Source: an uncultured virus (IMG/VR IMGVR_UViG_3300025132_000029) (lineage: Duplodnaviria > Heunggongvirae > Uroviricota > Caudoviricetes). Taken from it: 20,000 nt of DNA. The position numbers and the translations under genes are program-made. This document shows positions 1 to 9,103 of this stretch, in pieces. Numbering within the stretch: the first letter of the stretch is position 1; each line of letters begins with the position of its first letter. The stretch lies in the IMG/VR virus record IMGVR_UViG_3300025132_000029. One strand, given 5' to 3'. Below the pieces are notes generated by a model. That model worked only from the letters and a program-made list of their open reading frames with translations, had not been told where the DNA came from and did no database searches.

Positions 1-1
1 A

Positions 2-970
2 TTAATCGTTGACGGGCTAAATACATTTATCAGAGCATTTGCAGCAAACCCAGTAACAAATGAAGATGGAATACATGTTGGTGGAATAACTGGTACACTA
101 ATGTCAATTGGATACGCAATAAAACAAATTAAACCAACACGTGTTATTATTTGTTTTGATGGAAAAGGTGGTAGCCAAAGAAGAAGAAAAATATTTCCAG
201 ATTATAAAGCAAATCGTAGAGTAAAATCTAGGCTTACACGGCATGGAAATCATAATACAATGGAAGATGAATCATTGTCTATGAAACAACAATTAATGAG
301 GTGTGCTCAATATTTACAACAATTACCAGTTACTGTTTTAAGTGTTGAAAATATTGAAGCAGATGATAGTATGGCATATATTTCTCAACAGGTATATCCT
401 GATAGTCAAAAGTTTATTATGTCAACAGATAGGGATTTTTTACAATTAGTATCTGACAAAGTACATGTATGGTCACCAACAAAAAAGAAGTTTTATTTTA
501 AGGAAACAATAATGGAAGAGTATGGTATACCATCTCATAACTTTTTATTATATAGAACAATTGAAGGTGATTCATCTGATAATATTCCAGGAATTAGAGG
601 TGCAGGTAGAAAAACTATTGCAAATAGAATTCCTATAATAACAGAGAACAGGACAGTAACTATTGATGAAATAATTGATTTTACAGCACAAAATTCAAAA
701 TATAAAATATTAAAAACAATTTCTGAATCAAAAGAATTGTTAGATATGAATTATAAATTAATGCAATTGGATGAGGTAGATATATCAGGTTCAGCAAAGA
801 CAAAGATAATGAATACGGTAAGGTCACCTATCCAACGATTAGTAAAATATGAATTTCAAAAAATGATTTTAGAAGACAAAATCAATGGTTCAATTAAAAA
901 CCCAGACTTATGGTTAAAGCAAGTATTTTTACCATTAGACTCTTATGCAGGAATGACAAATGACAAGTAG
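2..970 (+). CDS. 5'-3' exonuclease / flap endonuclease (T4 RNase H / PolI N-terminal domain family), 5'-truncated by the window edge
   Basis: Frame is open from base 2 (LIVDGLNTFIRAF...), upstream of the ORF-track start at 101. Motifs DGLN, FDGKGGS-RRK-YKANR, EADD, STDRDFLQL and GDSSDNIPG. Confidence 0.93.
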   Translation, partial: LIVDGLNTFIRAFAANPVTNEDGIHVGGITGTLMSIGYAIKQIKPTRVIICFDGKGGSQRRRKIFPDYKANRRVKSRLTRHGNHNTMEDESLSMKQQLMRCAQYLQQLPVTVLSVENIEADDSMAYISQQVYPDSQKFIMSTDRDFLQLVSDKVHVWSPTKKKFYFKETIMEEYGIPSHNFLLYRTIEGDSSDNIPGIRGAGRKTIANRIPIITENRTVTIDEIIDFTAQNSKYKILKTISESKELLDMNYKLMQLDEVDISGSAKTKIMNTVRSPIQRLVKYEFQKMILEDKINGSIKNPDLWLKQVFLPLDSYAGMTNDK

Positions 971-2321
971 AATATCTGATTACGGTACAATATTTCAAGT
1001 AAAGTTAATAGCCTCACTATTTACAGATAAGGCATTTCTTCAACAAATTACAGATATTCTAGAACCTAAAATGTTTGAAAATGAAGCAAATTTTTACATT
1101 GTAAAAGAAATCCAAAATTACTTTAACGAATATAAATCTCCTCCAACCTTAGAGGTAATGAAAGTAAAAGTTGCCGAAATAGAAAGTGAACTTCTTAAAC
1201 AAACTGTGGTTGATACATTAAAGGAAGCATATAGAAATTTGGAAGCTTCTGATTTGGATTTTGTAAAACAACAAACTCTTGACTTTTGTAAAAACCAATG
1301 CATCAAATCTGCAATAATGGATTCAGTTGAATTACTTAAGTTTAATGATTTTGATGGAATTAAATCTAAAGTTGATGCAGCAATGAAAGCTGGTGTAGAA
1401 AAGAATGTTGGCCATGAGTATAAAAATGACGTTGATGAAAGGTATTTGGAAAGTGTAAGAAACACTATAACAACTGGCTGGGATGTAATTGATGATATTG
1501 CCGATGGTGGTTTAGGGAAAGGTGAACTTGGAGTATTTGTTGCTCCTGCAGGTATTGGTAAGTCATGGGCATTAGTAAATGTTGGTGCAAATGCTGCAAA
1601 GGCTGGGCTAAATGTTATACACTATACTTTAGAGCTAAATGAGGCTTATGTTGGATTGAGATATGATAGTGTATTTACGGGTATATCTGCACAAGATTTG
1701 AAATTTAATATTGAAGAGGTAAAAAAGACAGTTGAAAATATGAAGGGAGATTTAATTGTTAAGCAATATCCAACAAAGTCTGCTTCAGTTTCAACAATTG
1801 GTGCGCATATTGAAAAATGTAGGGTGCAAGGTTTCAAACCGGACTTGGTGATTGTTGATTATGCTGACCTATTAAGAGACATAAGTGGAGGCCGAGAAGT
1901 ACGACATATGCTAGGTAACATTTATGAAGACTTAAGAGGACTAGCTGGTGAACATGAAATTCCGGTTTGGACTGCATCACAAGCAAACCGTTCAGCACTA
2001 GAAGAAGATGTAATTGGAGCAGAGAAAATTGCAGAATCATATAGTAAAATAATGACAGCAGATTTTGTTGTTTCATTAAGTAGAAAAATAGAAGATAAAT
2101 TAGCCGGAACAGGTAGATGGCACGTAATTAAAAATAGGTTTGGACCTGACGGAATGACATTTCCAAGTAAAGCAAATATGTCAAATGGTCAAATGCAAAT
2201 ATTTGAATCAAATTCTGTGCAGGGACAAGAGACACAAAAGGACATGAATAATCATAACGAATACTTAAGAAAAATATTAAAAAATAAGTACAAAGAACTT
2301 GATAAAGACAACAATAGTTGA
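960..2321 (+). CDS. Replicative SF4 helicase (DnaB / T4 gp41-like)
   Basis: Walker A APAGIGKS, YTLEL, Walker B VIVDYAD, WTASQANR, and the KNRFG arginine-finger region. Confidence 0.93.
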   Translation: MTSRISDYGTIFQVKLIASLFTDKAFLQQITDILEPKMFENEANFYIVKEIQNYFNEYKSPPTLEVMKVKVAEIESELLKQTVVDTLKEAYRNLEASDLDFVKQQTLDFCKNQCIKSAIMDSVELLKFNDFDGIKSKVDAAMKAGVEKNVGHEYKNDVDERYLESVRNTITTGWDVIDDIADGGLGKGELGVFVAPAGIGKSWALVNVGANAAKAGLNVIHYTLELNEAYVGLRYDSVFTGISAQDLKFNIEEVKKTVENMKGDLIVKQYPTKSASVSTIGAHIEKCRVQGFKPDLVIVDYADLLRDISGGREVRHMLGNIYEDLRGLAGEHEIPVWTASQANRSALEEDVIGAEKIAESYSKIMTADFVVSLSRKIEDKLAGTGRWHVIKNRFGPDGMTFPSKANMSNGQMQIFESNSVQGQETQKDMNNHNEYLRKILKNKYKELDKDNNS

Positions 2322-2353
2322 CTTTATATAAATATATTTTGATATTTATTACA

Positions 2354-2380
2354 GACTGGCAATTAGCCGGTTATTTTTTT
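2354..2380 (+). terminator. Putative intrinsic terminator after the helicase gene
   Basis: GACTGGC-AATTA-GCCGGTT stem-loop (two G-U pairs) followed by ATTTTTTT. Confidence 0.5.
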
Positions 2381-2415
2381 CAGTAATTGTTCTATAAAGT
2401 AAAGAGGAAAGTATA

Positions 2416-4275
2416 ATGGAAGTATCTAATCAGATTTTATCAAACATAACAGTACATATGAAGTACGCTAAGTTTATTCCAGAACTTGGGAGAAGAGAAA
2501 CGTGGGAAGAGCTTGTTACAAGAAACAAAGCCATGCATATTAAAAAATATCCACAATTGAAAGAAGAAATTGAAGAAAAGTACAAGTTTGTGTATGACAA
2601 AAAAATACTTCCATCAATGCGTAGTTTACAGTTTGGTGGAAAACCAATTGAAATTTCACCAAATAGAATTTACAACTGTGCATATCTGCCTATAGATTCT
2701 ATTGATGCTTTTAGTGAAACAATGTTTTTGTTGTTAGGTGGAACAGGTGTTGGTTATTCAGTACAAAAACACCATGTTGAAAAACTACCAATGATACAAA
2801 AACCATACCCAAAGAGAAAGAAAAGATTCTTAATTGGTGATAGTATAGAAGGTTGGGCAGATGCCATTAAAGTTCTTATGAAATCTTATATGAATGGTGG
2901 TGGAAGTAGAATAGAATTTGACTTTTCAGATATTAGACCTAAAGGTGCAATGCTTGTAACATCAGGTGGTAAAGCTCCAGGACCTCAACCACTTAAAGAG
3001 TGTGTATTAAAGGTTAAGGGTATTTTAGAACAAAAAGAATCTGGTGAAAAATTAACTACAATTGAAGCTCATGATATTGTATGCCATATCGCTGATGCAG
3101 TTCTTGCTGGTGGTATTCGTAGAGCCGCTCTTATTAGTTTGTTTAGTGCAGACGATGACCAAATGATTGCTTGTAAATCAGGTAATTGGTGGGAATTAAA
3201 TCCACAACGAGGTAGAGCAAATAATTCAGCTTGTTTAATGAGACATAAAATCACAAAGGAGTTTTTTATGGATCTTTGGAAAAGGGTAGAATTATCTGGT
3301 GCAGGTGAACCTGGTATATACTTTAACAATGACAAAGATTGGGGAACTAACCCATGTTGTGAAATAGCATTAAGGCCATTTCAGTTTTGTAATTTATGTG
3401 AAGTAAATGCTAGTGACATAGAAGACCAAGAAGACTTAAATGAAAGAGTTAAAGCAGCTGCATTTATAGGTACACTTCAAGCAGGTTATACATCTTTTCA
3501 TTATCTTAGAGATATTTGGAGAGAAACAACAGAAAAAGAAGCACTTATTGGTGTAAGTATGACAGGTATTGGTAGTGGTACTGTTTTAGGATATGATATG
3601 AAACAAGCTGCTGACAAAGTAAAGAGGGAAAATACTCGAGTTGCAAAAATTATTGGTGTAAACAAATCGGCAAGAACAACAACAGTTAAACCTGCAGGAA
3701 CAACAAGTTTAGTTTTAGGTACCTCATCTGGAATCCATGCATGGCATAATGATTATTATATCAGAAGAATTAGAGTTGGTAAAAATGAATCAATATATAA
3801 TTATTTGAAAACAAACCACCCAGTTCTAGTTGAAGATGAATATTTTAGACCACATGATACTGCTGTTATTCAAGTACCACAAAAAGCTCCAGAAGGTTCA
3901 ATACTTAGAACAGAATCACCTTTCCAACTATTTGATAGAGTAAAGAGAGTTGCAACTGAATGGGTCAAATCAGGACATCGTAAAGGTTCAAATAGTCACA
4001 ATGTATCAGCAACAGTTTCTCTTAAAGAAGAAGATTGGCAGTTGGCTGGCGAGTGGATGTGGGAAAACAGGACTCACTATAATGGTTTATCTGTTTTACC
4101 TTATGATGGCGGAACTTATACTCAAGCACCATTTGAAGATATAGATAAAACAACATATGATGAAATGATGAAGTCTTTAACAGAAGTTGATTTATCAAAT
4201 GTTGTAGAGCTTGAAGATAATACAAATTTATCTGGCGAATTGGCTTGCGCAGGAGGTAGCTGTGAGATTACATAA
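2416..4275 (+). CDS. nrdJ: Class II (adenosylcobalamin-dependent) monomeric ribonucleotide reductase
   Basis: PSMRSLQFGG, YNCAY, TNPCCEI (thiyl-radical Cys), FCNLCE, TTVKPAGT, C-terminal CAGGSC redox pair; 619 aa; no beta subunit adjacent. Confidence 0.92.
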   Translation: MEVSNQILSNITVHMKYAKFIPELGRRETWEELVTRNKAMHIKKYPQLKEEIEEKYKFVYDKKILPSMRSLQFGGKPIEISPNRIYNCAYLPIDSIDAFSETMFLLLGGTGVGYSVQKHHVEKLPMIQKPYPKRKKRFLIGDSIEGWADAIKVLMKSYMNGGGSRIEFDFSDIRPKGAMLVTSGGKAPGPQPLKECVLKVKGILEQKESGEKLTTIEAHDIVCHIADAVLAGGIRRAALISLFSADDDQMIACKSGNWWELNPQRGRANNSACLMRHKITKEFFMDLWKRVELSGAGEPGIYFNNDKDWGTNPCCEIALRPFQFCNLCEVNASDIEDQEDLNERVKAAAFIGTLQAGYTSFHYLRDIWRETTEKEALIGVSMTGIGSGTVLGYDMKQAADKVKRENTRVAKIIGVNKSARTTTVKPAGTTSLVLGTSSGIHAWHNDYYIRRIRVGKNESIYNYLKTNHPVLVEDEYFRPHDTAVIQVPQKAPEGSILRTESPFQLFDRVKRVATEWVKSGHRKGSNSHNVSATVSLKEEDWQLAGEWMWENRTHYNGLSVLPYDGGTYTQAPFEDIDKTTYDEMMKSLTEVDLSNVVELEDNTNLSGELACAGGSCEIT

Positions 4276-4453
4276 ACCTGATTGGATAGAAGAGTTATAC
4301 CTTAAAGAGTATATTAACAAACAATCAACCAAAGATTATTATTGGGAAAATGGCAAAATGGTAATGACAGAAAATTACCATGTAAACCGAGGTTACTGTT
4401 GTAAAAACGGATGTAAGCATTGCCCTTATGAAAACAGTAAATCAACAGGCTAA
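4262..4453 (+). CDS. Small Cys-rich protein (DUF5522-like, RGYCCxxGCxHCPY)
   Basis: Motif RGYCCKNGCKHCPY. Probable GTG start at 4262 after AGGAGG (4251-4256), rather than 4211. Confidence 0.7.
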   Translation: MRLHKPDWIEELYLKEYINKQSTKDYYWENGKMVMTENYHVNRGYCCKNGCKHCPYENSKSTG

Positions 4454-4637
4454 AATTTTACAAGATGAGATTAAAGCCAAAAAGTTAGAATTGTCTAAAT
4501 TACAAGATGATTGTAAACATGAAAAAAAACAAATAAAAATGGATGAAACAAACTCCGCAATGTGGGAATGTGAAAATTGTTCAAGACGACTAAGATACCC
4601 TACACCTGCAGAGATGGATATATGGATTAGCAAGTAA
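4428..4637 (+). CDS. Small coiled-coil plus putative Zn-ribbon protein
   Basis: N-terminal heptad-like stretch, then CKH...WECENC; TAATG coupling to the next gene. Confidence 0.6.
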   Translation: MKTVNQQAKILQDEIKAKKLELSKLQDDCKHEKKQIKMDETNSAMWECENCSRRLRYPTPAEMDIWISK

Positions 4638-5539
4638 TGAACATATTAAGTAGTTATGTAGGAAATACGCCTTTAGTTCCAATTACTATGGGAGGTTACA
4701 CAGTCTGGTGTAAATGTGAATTTATGAATCCCGGTGGTTCTGTTAAAGATAGAATGGCCACCCACATATTAAATAGTGCTGAACACAATAAATTAATCAA
4801 AAAAGGTGATACACTAATAGAGGCAACTTCAGGAAATACTGGAATTGCTTTTGCTATGTTAGCAGCTGAACGAGGTTATAAAATGAAAATTGTTATGCCG
4901 TGCAATATGAGCGAAGAACGTAAACAAATGTTAAAGTTTTATGGCGCCGAATTAATAGAGGTTGATGCAGGTGATTTTGATGCTGCAATTGATTTAAGAG
5001 ATACACTTGCAAATGCTAAGGGATGGTTTAATTGTAATCAGTTTCATAACCCACTAAATATAGAAGCACACTATAAAAATACAGGACCAGAGATAGAAAG
5101 ACAAGTTAGGTCTCAACTTGATAGCTATGATTATGATGGATGGCCTCAAGCATTTGTGGCTGGAACAGGTACTGGTGGAACAATTATGGGTTGTGGAAAA
5201 TACCTACAAAAACATTATCCAGGTATAAGTTTAGTTGCAGTTGAACCAGAAGAAAGTGCCGTCATGTCAGGGATGGAACCAGGCTTACATGGTATACAAG
5301 GAATTGGTGATGGTAGTAAGTTTTTAGTAGACTTAAACAAAATTAGTGATATTATAACTGTACATACAGAATGTGCAAAAAAAGTAGCAAAACATTTGGC
5401 ATTACGATATGGCTTATTTGTTGGAATAAGTGCTGGTGCAAATGTTAAGGCCGCATTTGAATGGTTACGTGATAATGATAAAAAACATGCAATAACTATT
5501 CTTTGTGATAGAGGTGAAAGGTATTTTAGTTGCTTATGA
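4637..5539 (+). CDS. cysK: PLP-dependent cysteine synthase (O-acetylserine sulfhydrylase, CysK/CysM family)
   Basis: GNTPL, NPGGSVKDR (PLP lysine), EATSGNTG, GTGTGGT, HGIQGIG, DRGERY. CysK versus CysM is not resolvable by eye. Confidence 0.9.
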   Translation: MNILSSYVGNTPLVPITMGGYTVWCKCEFMNPGGSVKDRMATHILNSAEHNKLIKKGDTLIEATSGNTGIAFAMLAAERGYKMKIVMPCNMSEERKQMLKFYGAELIEVDAGDFDAAIDLRDTLANAKGWFNCNQFHNPLNIEAHYKNTGPEIERQVRSQLDSYDYDGWPQAFVAGTGTGGTIMGCGKYLQKHYPGISLVAVEPEESAVMSGMEPGLHGIQGIGDGSKFLVDLNKISDIITVHTECAKKVAKHLALRYGLFVGISAGANVKAAFEWLRDNDKKHAITILCDRGERYFSCL

Positions 5540-6246
5540 ATTATTTATTTGATGTAGATGGTACATTAACCCCAAGTAGGTTAAAAATTGATCCAGAATT
5601 TGAGAAATTTTTCTTAAATTGGATGAAAAACAAAGATGTTTATTTAGTTACAGGTTCAGATAAGGATAAAACAATAGAACAAGTAGGTATAAAAATTTGG
5701 ACAAATGTTACAAGAGCATATCAATCATGTGGCAATGCTGTTTATGAAAATGGTATGTTAATTGACCAACGTGATTTTATACTAGAGCCTGAACTCAAAA
5801 AATTATTATTAGAATTTGTAAAGTGGTCAGATTGTCCAAAACAATTTAGTAATCATATTGAGGAAAGAATTGGATTGGTTAACTTTAGTACTATTGGTAG
5901 AACTTGTACTCAAGACGCAAGAAATGATTATTATAAATGGGACAATAAGATTAAAGAAAGAGAATCTTTTTGTAAAATAATTGAAGAAAAATTTCCAGAA
6001 TTAGAAGCAACTGTAGGTGGAGAAATATCAATAGACATTTATCCTAAAGGGCAAAATAAAGCACAAGTGTTAGATGATATAATTGGACCTGTTACATTTT
6101 TTGGTGATAAATGCAAACCTGGTGGTAATGACTATCCAATAGTAAATCGCTTAGGTATGCTAAATGAAGAAAATGAACTATCAGTAACTGTTCATGAAGT
6201 ATCTAATTGGAAAGATACATTAAAAATATTAAATAGTTATAAATGA
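5536..6246 (+). CDS. HAD-IIB phosphomannomutase-like (eukaryotic PMM/Sec53 type)
   Basis: FDVDGTLT, VTGSD, IEER-GLVNFS-IGR, GGEISIDIYPKG, FFGDKCKPGGND. ATG at 5536 overlaps the cysK stop (ATGA). Confidence 0.85.
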   Translation: MNYLFDVDGTLTPSRLKIDPEFEKFFLNWMKNKDVYLVTGSDKDKTIEQVGIKIWTNVTRAYQSCGNAVYENGMLIDQRDFILEPELKKLLLEFVKWSDCPKQFSNHIEERIGLVNFSTIGRTCTQDARNDYYKWDNKIKERESFCKIIEEKFPELEATVGGEISIDIYPKGQNKAQVLDDIIGPVTFFGDKCKPGGNDYPIVNRLGMLNEENELSVTVHEVSNWKDTLKILNSYK

Positions 6247-6440
6247 AAAAAGTAAAAATATCATTCTCAAAACCAGTTAAGTTAAATAGGCATGAACCTG
6301 TAACTGAAGTGATAATAGATAAAACAGTATCCGAAGGTCACAATTCAATTGAAAGAGACATTCAATATATCCTCTGCAATGCAATGAGTGATATGAGATA
6401 CAGGGGACTAAAATCATTTAATGTAGAAATTATAGAATAA
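6243..6440 (+). CDS. Hypothetical protein
   Basis: 65-aa ORF coupled on both sides (overlapping start, TAATG junction). Confidence 0.6.
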   Translation: MKKVKISFSKPVKLNRHEPVTEVIIDKTVSEGHNSIERDIQYILCNAMSDMRYRGLKSFNVEIIE

Positions 6441-7297
6441 TGAAATGTATAGTTGGAAATAATTTAACAGCATTGTTAGCATCTCACATATTTAGTGATT
6501 TAGATTTTTATAACCATGAAAAACAAATGGTTGAAGAATATACATACATTCCTACAACCGCATCTATTATTGATATATTGGATTGTTTAGGTTTAGACTT
6601 TTCAATAAAATCATTTAAGTGTTGTTTTGATAATCGTGGAAAACTATCTGCAAAATTTGATGAAACATTTGTAAATATTTGGTGTATACATACAAGAGGC
6701 AAATCTGTTGTTGAGAAAAGTTACATTGATAATTTATCACATAAGGTAAGTTACATATCAATAAATGATTTACCACCACTTGAAAGTCTAAATATATTAA
6801 AATCAGTTTTACTAGAAAAATCAAATGTAAAATCAACAATATCAAGCATTGAAGAATTAGAAGATTACAAAAAAGTTTTGTGGTGCCATGATTTGCGATT
6901 ACTCAATAGTGGCATTATAACGGAATATGTTGATAGTTATCAGTATATATGTAAGCATTCAGAAGTAGATGGCATAAGCCAAATATTTGATGTTGTATAT
7001 AGCATAGGAAAACCATATTACAGGAAAATTTACTCAGGAGAAAATGTAATATATAGTGCAATGCGAAAAATATATGACAAAACAGTTGACAATAATACAG
7101 TTTTAGAATCTTCACCAACAATACAGATTGTTGACAACCTTAGATTAAATTCATTCAAAAAGTTTGACTTATTAGGCGTATATTCACAATGGGATTTAGG
7201 TATGAGTTTAGGAAAGGTACTTATGCGTTGCAATGAACTTAGAGAATATTACATTGATGATAAAAAAATATCTAAAAATATTTTTATTTCTCAATAA
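6440..7297 (+). CDS. Hypothetical protein, possibly a degenerate FAD/Rossmann-fold (UDP-galactopyranose-mutase-like) protein
   Basis: N-terminal CIVGNNLTALLA resembles IIGAGLSGL; internal PYYR; C-terminal LLGVYSQW resembles xxGRxAxW. The ORF is solid but the function is weakly supported. Confidence 0.5.
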   Translation: MKCIVGNNLTALLASHIFSDLDFYNHEKQMVEEYTYIPTTASIIDILDCLGLDFSIKSFKCCFDNRGKLSAKFDETFVNIWCIHTRGKSVVEKSYIDNLSHKVSYISINDLPPLESLNILKSVLLEKSNVKSTISSIEELEDYKKVLWCHDLRLLNSGIITEYVDSYQYICKHSEVDGISQIFDVVYSIGKPYYRKIYSGENVIYSAMRKIYDKTVDNNTVLESSPTIQIVDNLRLNSFKKFDLLGVYSQWDLGMSLGKVLMRCNELREYYIDDKKISKNIFISQ

Positions 7298-7310
7298 TTT
7301 TTGTTATATT
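7275..7310 (+). promoter_or_regulatory. Putative phage promoter (AAAATATTTTTATTTC-N12-GTTATATT) driving the modification operon
   Basis: Both blocks and the 12-nt spacing are identical to the copy at 13826-13861. Confidence 0.65.
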
Positions 7311-7340
7311 AGATAAAATAAAGAAAACAGGTTATATACT

Positions 7341-8210
7341 ATGAGAAAATATTGGTCAGTACCAAAAACCGAGTCAGGTAGATACAACGGTTTACATGAA
7401 GCTTTTTATTGGGAATTACAAAATATTGTGAATCAACGAAACACAGTAAAAAGTCGTGGAACAAATCAAAAAGAAGTATTGTTTAGAAGTTTTATTATTG
7501 ATGACCCAACAAATTTAGGAATTTGGTGGCCAAGTAGAAAATTTAATGAAACATATACATTAGCAGAATTTCTTTGGTATTTGTCAAGAAACCCAAATGC
7601 AACTAATATTGGTAAATTTGCAAGAATTTGGTTAAACATTAAAGACAACGAGGATAATGTAGAATCAAATTATGGTTGTTATGTTTTTGGAAATCAATGG
7701 AACTGGTCTGTAAATGAATTGACAAAAGACAAGGATAGTCGGCGTGCAACATTTGTTATAGGACAACCATATCATAAAACAAAAAATCCAAATGATATAC
7801 CATGTACACAATACTTACAGTTTTTTATAAGAAATAATAAACTTCATATGGGAGTAAGTATGAGAAGTAATGATATTATTTTTGGAATGTCAAATGATAT
7901 TTTTATATTTTGTTTATTTCAACAATTAATGTATAATGAATTAAAACAAGTATACTCAGATTTAGAACTTGGTTCATATTATCACCATGCAGGAAGTTTA
8001 CACTTGTATGAAATGCACAATGAAATGGCAAATAATATTTTAGTTATTGACGGTGAGGATACTGAATATTATGGAAAGCATTATAAATTAAAGGAACATA
8101 TAACATTAGATTATATACAACAAACTGAAATGTATTTACCAACTAAAGATATGACAAAAGAAGAAATTGGTGAATATGCAAATGATATTAGTAAAAGTTT
8201 ATTTATATGA
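7341..8210 (+). CDS. Thymidylate-synthase-fold enzyme, probably dCMP hydroxymethylase-like (T4 gp42 type)
   Basis: DSRRA, DIPCT (catalytic Cys), MRSNDIIFGMSND with Asp at the E. coli ThyA N177 / T4 gp42 D179 position, GSLHLY. Confidence 0.8.
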   Translation: MRKYWSVPKTESGRYNGLHEAFYWELQNIVNQRNTVKSRGTNQKEVLFRSFIIDDPTNLGIWWPSRKFNETYTLAEFLWYLSRNPNATNIGKFARIWLNIKDNEDNVESNYGCYVFGNQWNWSVNELTKDKDSRRATFVIGQPYHKTKNPNDIPCTQYLQFFIRNNKLHMGVSMRSNDIIFGMSNDIFIFCLFQQLMYNELKQVYSDLELGSYYHHAGSLHLYEMHNEMANNILVIDGEDTEYYGKHYKLKEHITLDYIQQTEMYLPTKDMTKEEIGEYANDISKSLFI

Positions 8211-8491
8211 AAAAGAAAGAATCAATATTAAAAAGAGCAGACGGTATAATCAATAACCGTTCAGAAGAAAAAGAAAGAAAATACGGACCATTTAGTGAAG
8301 GCATGGAAAGAGCAGCTAAAATTGCAAGTGGTATGACAGGAAAAGACTTTGTAGCAGAAGATATGTACGCTGCACTAGTTGCACTAAAATTATCAAGACA
8401 CTCATATAACTATAGGGAAGATAACCTACTTGATGCTGTTGCGTATTTAGGAGGTTTGGATAACTATATAAAGGAAAATAAAAATGGCTAG
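8207..8491 (+). CDS. DUF6378-like all-helical phage protein (possible nucleotide pyrophosphatase-related)
   Basis: Pattern ILxxA...R...YG...RAAxIAS...LKLSR...DNLLDAVAY; ATGA overlap with the upstream gene. Confidence 0.6.
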   Translation: MKKKESILKRADGIINNRSEEKERKYGPFSEGMERAAKIASGMTGKDFVAEDMYAALVALKLSRHSYNYREDNLLDAVAYLGGLDNYIKENKNG

Positions 8492-8669
8492 AAAAATAGT
8501 AAGAAAATGGAACCCAGATTATAAAAAAGCATGGGTAAGGGTAGCTTTACAAAATGCATTAAGTACAATAGATTATGGTGAGCTATCAACTGCAAGTAAA
8601 AGACTTATATCTCAAGTACTAGCAGAATGTGATATAAAGGCAAAGGAAAAAGAGGAGATGGTAAAATGA
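8484..8669 (+). CDS. Hypothetical protein
   Basis: 61-aa ORF overlapping both neighbours; AAGGA upstream. Confidence 0.6.
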   Translation: MARKIVRKWNPDYKKAWVRVALQNALSTIDYGELSTASKRLISQVLAECDIKAKEKEEMVK

Positions 8670-9103
8670 AAATATCAAAAGTAAGAGAAGTAAAAACACC
8701 AACAAGAGCAAATAGTACAGATGCAGGAATAGATTTTTTTGTACCTGAAGACACAAAGAAATTTACATTATCACCAGGAGATTCTTGTCTTATTCCATCA
8801 GGTGTAAAAGTAAATGTACCTGAAGGGTTTGCTTTAGTAGCATTTAATAAATCAGGAGTTGCAGTTAAAAAATCTTTACATGTTGGTGCATGTGTAGTTG
8901 ACTGTGGCTATCAAGGAGAAGTTCATATTAATCTAACAAATGTTGGTGATTGTGAAACTGATATAAATCCTGGTGATAAAATAGTTCAGTTTGTATTATT
9001 ACCTTTAGGCAATCCTAAAGTAGAATTAGTAGAAGAAAGCAACTTATATGAATCAGAATCTTCAAGAGGTGAAGGAGGATTTGGAAGTACTGGGACTAAA
9101 TAA
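8666..9103 (+). CDS. dut: Trimeric dUTPase
   Basis: Motifs AGIDF, NKSG (usually RSG), VVDCGYQGE, GDKIVQ and RGEGGFGSTG; GAGGAG ribosome-binding site upstream. Confidence 0.92.
   Translation: MKISKVREVKTPTRANSTDAGIDFFVPEDTKKFTLSPGDSCLIPSGVKVNVPEGFALVAFNKSGVAVKKSLHVGACVVDCGYQGEVHINLTNVGDCETDINPGDKIVQFVLLPLGNPKVELVEESNLYESESSRGEGGFGSTGTK

Noticed and set aside
2327..2334. TATAAATA (T4 late-promoter consensus) here and at 13866-13873
   Set aside because: Expected by chance in such AT-rich spacers, and the downstream genes are not late structural genes.
2322..2415. Possible cobalamin riboswitch or attenuator upstream of nrdJ
   Set aside because: The intergenic region is only 94 nt and very AT-rich, with no B12-box; the single hairpin is better explained as a terminator.
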